Positions 60,091 through 64,000 of a DNA stretch of 64,000 bases are shown here, one piece after another. The stretch's first letter is position 1. Every line of letters starts with the position of its first letter. The stretch is from the NCBI GenBank assembly GCA_963768425.1, contig CAVYHV010000006.1:256129-320128 (forward strand), read 5' to 3'. A program made the translations under genes and the position numbers. The notes under the pieces are model-generated. The model saw nothing but the letters and a program-made list of their open reading frames with translations, ran no database searches and had not been told where the DNA came from. The DNA comes from Candidatus Bathyarchaeota archaeon. Lineage in GTDB: Archaea > Thermoproteota > Bathyarchaeia > Bathyarchaeales > Bathycorpusculaceae.

Positions 60091-60333
60091 TTAAATGCCC
60101 TCGTTCAATCTTTGTAGGAGAGAAAAACCAGTTAAACGAAGTTCGCTCCTGCATTTGTTGCAGCGAATGCTCAGTTCCTCCAAACCCTGTTCACTCACGT
60201 AGGCTTCCAAGATAGAATAAGCCTCTTCGCTGGGGTTGTCAGGAGATATTTTGTTTCCACATCTTGGACATGAGAAATCTCCGTCGCCATCTATCTTGGT
60301 CAAATCCAACACATACATCTGTATTTGCTTCAC
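60091..60333 (-). CDS. Small Zn-ribbon protein; paralogue of 5729-5977
   Basis: GDGDFSCPRCGNKISPD...CNKC...TGF. Confidence 0.8.
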   Translation of the reverse strand: MKQIQMYVLDLTKIDGDGDFSCPRCGNKISPDNPSEEAYSILEAYVSEQGLEELSIRCNKCRSELRLTGFSLLQRLNEGI

Positions 60334-60665
60334 CCTTCAAACCTCCATGTTTTCAATTTTCAGTTTCTTTTAAGACGAAAGATTATTAAACGATATTCCA
60401 GATTTGTACTCAAATCTTAACCAAATCCATACCACATAACTACCTACTCTTAGCCGAGAAATATGCAAAATCGAATTATTGTCTGCCTGATTTTCGTAGT
60501 TGGCGACGCACTTGACTAAAAGGCGTCATTGAGTTGACTTATAGTCCTAACAAAAAAGAGGCTGGGATCGTTGGATTCCAATATTTCTGATTGAAACGTT
60601 CTGTTTTTCCGAAATCTGCTTGAAAAATTGGAGGAAAGAGGTCGATTTAAGCCTCATTAAGTTTT

Positions 60666-60890
60666 TTACATCTTAGGCTTCATCATGTTAGGTTTCATTA
60701 TGTTCCAGATGAATAGTATCAGAGCAACAATTAGCAGGACGAAACCTATCCAAAATATGCCTAAGCCTACGCCTTGACCTGAATGGGCGCGTGCAATTGA
60801 TGCTCCGACGAGCACTAAGATTATTCCTAAAACATCCAAAAGAATTGCAACCATTTGGTTGGTATTTGCTAACATTTTGTTTTCAGTCAT
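60666..60890 (-). CDS. Small 2-TM membrane protein
   Basis: Two hydrophobic helices, basic C-terminus. Confidence 0.7.
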   Translation of the reverse strand: MTENKMLANTNQMVAILLDVLGIILVLVGASIARAHSGQGVGLGIFWIGFVLLIVALILFIWNIMKPNMMKPKM

Positions 60891-61034
60891 TCAGAAATCA
60901 CTACTTTTCAAGGTTATTTCTTTTATATTTAAAGTTGCTGGTTACAGAGAAACCTGCGAAAATGGACACAAAATCAAAGACGGTTTTGATTTAACTCGTT
61001 TTTTGAGAAGTGTAGGTTGAGTCTAAGCCTTAAC

Positions 61035-61303
61035 ATGTTCGCGGTCCATTGAGACCCTGTCTTTGTCGCCGCACAGCCTTTCACCGTTTTGACTATGCCG
61101 CTCAACGTCTCACTGCAACATATAGTGATGCTCAGCCCATCAAAGCATTGTCTTTGTCGTGTATCAATTTTCCGCTGTTTCAATTGACACACTCATTGCC
61201 TCAATGCACTGCGTCCAATGTTCAGCCCATCGAAACAGAGTTTTTGCCGCATACCAATTTTTCGCTGTTTTAATTGGTACGCTCTTTGTCTCGATGCATC
61301 GCC
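61035..61303. repeat. Three degenerate about 90-bp tandem repeats
   Basis: Units start 61035 (atgttcgcggtccat), 61128 (atgctcagcccatc), 61218 (atgttcagcccatc); units 2 and 3 are colinear without gaps. Confidence 0.72.
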
Positions 61304-61729
61304 TTTAAAGCGTGCTCCTCAACCTACAACAATCCAATACTGCTTGCTTGAATATAACAAATTTTACACAAAAAATCGGCAATTGAACCTGTTTTTTGTT
61401 TAGTAAAGACGTTTTTTCTACTCAACTGGGGTTGTCCCAGCTAAAATTGGGTGAAGAAGTTTTTGGGCTGGAATTATCTCTTGACATAAACTTGTCAATT
61501 TGACATGGATAGCGCAATTTTTTTAGAAAAAATGGAATTAAGCGGTTAAGAATCAAATACACAGCGCGAAAGAAGGCAGTAGCTTTTGTATTATTTTTCT
61601 GGGGAAATAAGTCTAATATAGTCCTTTCAAAACTGTTTAGAATGAAAGGAGAAGACCACAGTAGAGTAGCGTTTTCTCTATTTACGACGCATTAACCTTT
61701 AGATACTATAGGTCGGAGTTATCGTTTGA

Positions 61730-62122
61730 TTGGCGGCAGCAAATATGAATGATTCGTTTCAAGATAGAATTGCTAAAGAAAGAAAGTTTGAAGAATCCTT
61801 AAGTGAAGCAATAGACGAGGCATTGACTCAATTAGGCGAACCAATAAAAAATGCTTTGTATTTGCAGCTAGAAGACAGATTAAACATCCAACGAAGCGAA
61901 ATTCCCCATCACGTTAAAGAATTTAGCGATTTTTTAAGTACGACTTTTGGCTTAGGCGCTGCTCGCTTTGAAATGAAATGTATGCAGAAACTTCACTCAA
62001 AAATAAATGTAAGAATTCAAATGACTGAAGACAAATTTTCTATTGACAAGTGGGTAGATGATGGTCTGACCTTCGAATACTATGTCGACAGGGCGCGCGA
62101 CAATTACTGCAACCTGCGTTAA
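61730..62122 (+). CDS. Hypothetical helical protein (DUF3227-like)
   Basis: AIDEALTQLGE...LYLQLE...IP...FS..L..TFGLGAARFE pattern typical of small archaeal signalling-associated domains. Confidence 0.65.
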   Translation: MAAANMNDSFQDRIAKERKFEESLSEAIDEALTQLGEPIKNALYLQLEDRLNIQRSEIPHHVKEFSDFLSTTFGLGAARFEMKCMQKLHSKINVRIQMTEDKFSIDKWVDDGLTFEYYVDRARDNYCNLR

Positions 62123-62196
62123 GTGCTTGAATATTATGGTTCTCTTCGTTTTGGCCAAGGTCCAAATCGATGATTGAACTTGTGGGGATACAGTTG

Positions 62197-62730
62197 TTAG
62201 CTTTGGTTTGTGGTTATGATTGTGTCGAAGCTGAAATTTGTTATTCCACTTACGGTTGGGCACACAGTCAAGGTCAGTTCTACCGGAATGACCTGACCTG
62301 CGCTGAGGACTTGGCCCGAGTAGTTCCATTTTAGGGATATGCTATTCATGGCGGTGGAGGGGTTCCAGTTTGACGTTTTCAATGATAACGGAGCCGCTGA
62401 ATTGCCTTCATTCTTAATGTAGATAGTCAAGGTAGTGTTTGAACCAGCTTCCACTGATCCCCAAGGCAGTGAAAGGGTCCTGTTTGTGCAGGCTTGATCC
62501 CAGTAGATTCCTGTTCCAAGGCCGCTCACGGAGCTTGCATAGACGATTGTTTTGCTCGAACCGCCAGACGCTATAAAGGCGCCGAAAACGACGATAGTTA
62601 GTAGGCATATTGCAGCGGGTATTATTTTTCTGTGGCTATGTTTGCTTGTCGAAGTTACTTGTATCCTTGTTAAGTGTGATGTTTTTTGATTGATTTTGTT
62701 TGGTATATTCCTGCTTTTTTGGTAAGACAT
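62197..62730 (-). CDS. Membrane-anchored exported Ig-like protein
   Basis: TM near N-terminus; YWDQACT, WGSVEAG, YIKNEGN, WNYSG. Confidence 0.75.
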   Translation of the reverse strand: MSYQKSRNIPNKINQKTSHLTRIQVTSTSKHSHRKIIPAAICLLTIVVFGAFIASGGSSKTIVYASSVSGLGTGIYWDQACTNRTLSLPWGSVEAGSNTTLTIYIKNEGNSAAPLSLKTSNWNPSTAMNSISLKWNYSGQVLSAGQVIPVELTLTVCPTVSGITNFSFDTIITTNQS

Positions 62731-63056
62731 TTACATCGCCCCCGCAGTCTTATATCATAATAAACACTACAGAATGGTTTAAACAAATGTGGGTGTACCA
62801 TCACTACAACAAAGTCAAAACTGTTAAAGAGGACCTCAGTTCGCGAAATATCCCACCATTGTTTTTTGTTTCTACTTAGTCATACTCAACCGTACTAAAA
62901 ACTGCTGCAAAAACAGCCTAGAATATTCCCATAGAGTATCAATCTGAGCCGTTTCGCGACGGGTCTTTAGCCCTCTGTGCTTTGCAAATTGGTGAATTTT
63001 GGTTCTCAAAAATGCTCAAAAGCTCCTTTGAATGATAAGCTGTCAAATGATCTGAT

Positions 63057-63365
63057 ATGGCGACCAACAATTGTCACAGCCGATTCGAAGCATCAGTTAA
63101 CCTTTTTATTGATCCATCTCTGAAGACCCAAATTATTAATGCGCTTTCAAAGGTCGAAAACATCGAAGAGATTTACGAAGTTAAAGGAGAATTTGATATA
63201 GTATCGATTGTTTCGGCCTCGAGCGTAGAAGAATTCCGCGATATCTTACAAAAAAAGATCGCCAAGATCAAAGGCGTCAAGAGCATCATAACATCCGTAG
63301 TGCTCAAAGCGCACAAACGCCACCCCTATGCATTAACAAAGCCTTTCAAAAAATTGCCTCCCTGA
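63057..63365 (+). CDS. Stand-alone Lrp/AsnC ligand-binding (RAM) domain protein
   Basis: EEIYEVKGEFDIV...KIKGVKSIITSVV, no HTH. Confidence 0.85.
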   Translation: MATNNCHSRFEASVNLFIDPSLKTQIINALSKVENIEEIYEVKGEFDIVSIVSASSVEEFRDILQKKIAKIKGVKSIITSVVLKAHKRHPYALTKPFKKLPP

Positions 63366-63727
63366 AAGAAAAGGTGCTCTTTCTGGTTTTATTTATTTTT
63401 TTGTGTTTACTTTGAGTTATTGATAGTTTGCTTTTGCATAATAAAGCGGCTTTTCCCTGATTGTTTTGTGTTTTTGAGATAAGGGGAGATACATGTGCGT
63501 ATTATGAAACGTTTTATTTTCTTAGAGGCGAGTAAGCATACAACCAGTTGGAAGGTGAATAGGATGAAAGAATTAAAGGCTGTATTTGAAAACGAAGAGG
63601 CAGTAAGATTATTGGATTATTTCCAATCCTATAAGGAAATTGTTAACAAGAATGCAATTACACGCGTCACCAAATGATGATCTAAGAAAATAACGAGAAA
63701 TATGGTTATGAAAATGGGAAAAAAGAG

Positions 63728-64000
63728 TTAGGTTTTGGGGTTTAGTTGTTTTTGGAGTTCTTTTATTTTTTTGGTTCTGGATTTTTCTCCGCTTTTTATA
63801 AGAATGAATCCGCTTGCTCCGGCAATCGCAATTGCTGCTACGGCTATTGTTACTATTAACATGATTGATGTGCTGTTGGTTTGGGTGGTAACCTTGCCGT
63901 TTACAATGTTTATGTCCATTGTTAGTGATCCGCCTGGGAAGGCGATTGTTTCGTTGGTTGTCGGGTATCCTTGTTCAACTAGCTTAAAGTTATACGATCC
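63728..64000 (-). CDS. C-terminal part of a surface protein with C-terminal TM anchor (truncated by window edge)
   Basis: Frame is open to 64000 (GSYNFKLVEQGYPTTNETIAFPGGSLTMDINIV...), then TM and basic tail. Confidence 0.75.
   Translation of the reverse strand, partial: GSYNFKLVEQGYPTTNETIAFPGGSLTMDINIVNGKVTTQTNSTSIMLIVTIAVAAIAIAGASGFILIKSGEKSRTKKIKELQKQLNPKT

Noticed and set aside
496-62608. Numerous short ORFs antisense to or nested in the called genes
   Set aside because: Fully overlap well-supported genes and lack recognisable motifs
63495-63677. 60-aa plus-strand ORF
   Set aside because: Could be a real microprotein but has no motif or other support

Overview
Archaeal chromosomal window, most consistent with a TACK-lineage archaeon, probably Bathyarchaeia. 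This is inferred from the geranylgeranyl reductase, RbkR/ribL/dph5, a Crenarchaeota-style cdvB-cdvA-cdvB-cdvC division cluster, HdrA-MvhD, LipS1/LipS2, a stand-alone 5S rRNA and BRE-TATA promoters. It is mostly housekeeping and metabolic genes, with an accessory-looking right end (about 54.8-64 kb). No CRISPR array, tRNA, integrase or transposase was recognised. Four conserved genes (asnA, apgM, lhr, a LeuA/HCS-like gene) are split by single-base indels, most likely assembly errors. The most notable observations are: a homologue of eukaryotic ribosomal protein eL22; a 4xCBS + HPF/RaiA-like fusion (candidate nucleotide-sensing ribosome hibernation factor); the Cdv/ESCRT-III cluster followed by uncharacterised coiled-coil genes; a B12-radical SAM gene linked to a CDP-alcohol phosphatidyltransferase (candidate lipid-modifying module); a degenerate-PLD + EVE-like protein; two helically phased 10-bp TGWCT arrays; three long intergenic hairpins; a paralogous pair of small Zn-ribbon proteins; and features missing from the ORF track (DNA methyltransferase stub, nitroreductase pseudogene, 57-aa membrane protein, 90-bp triple repeat). 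All assignments come from motif recognition by eye; no searches were run.
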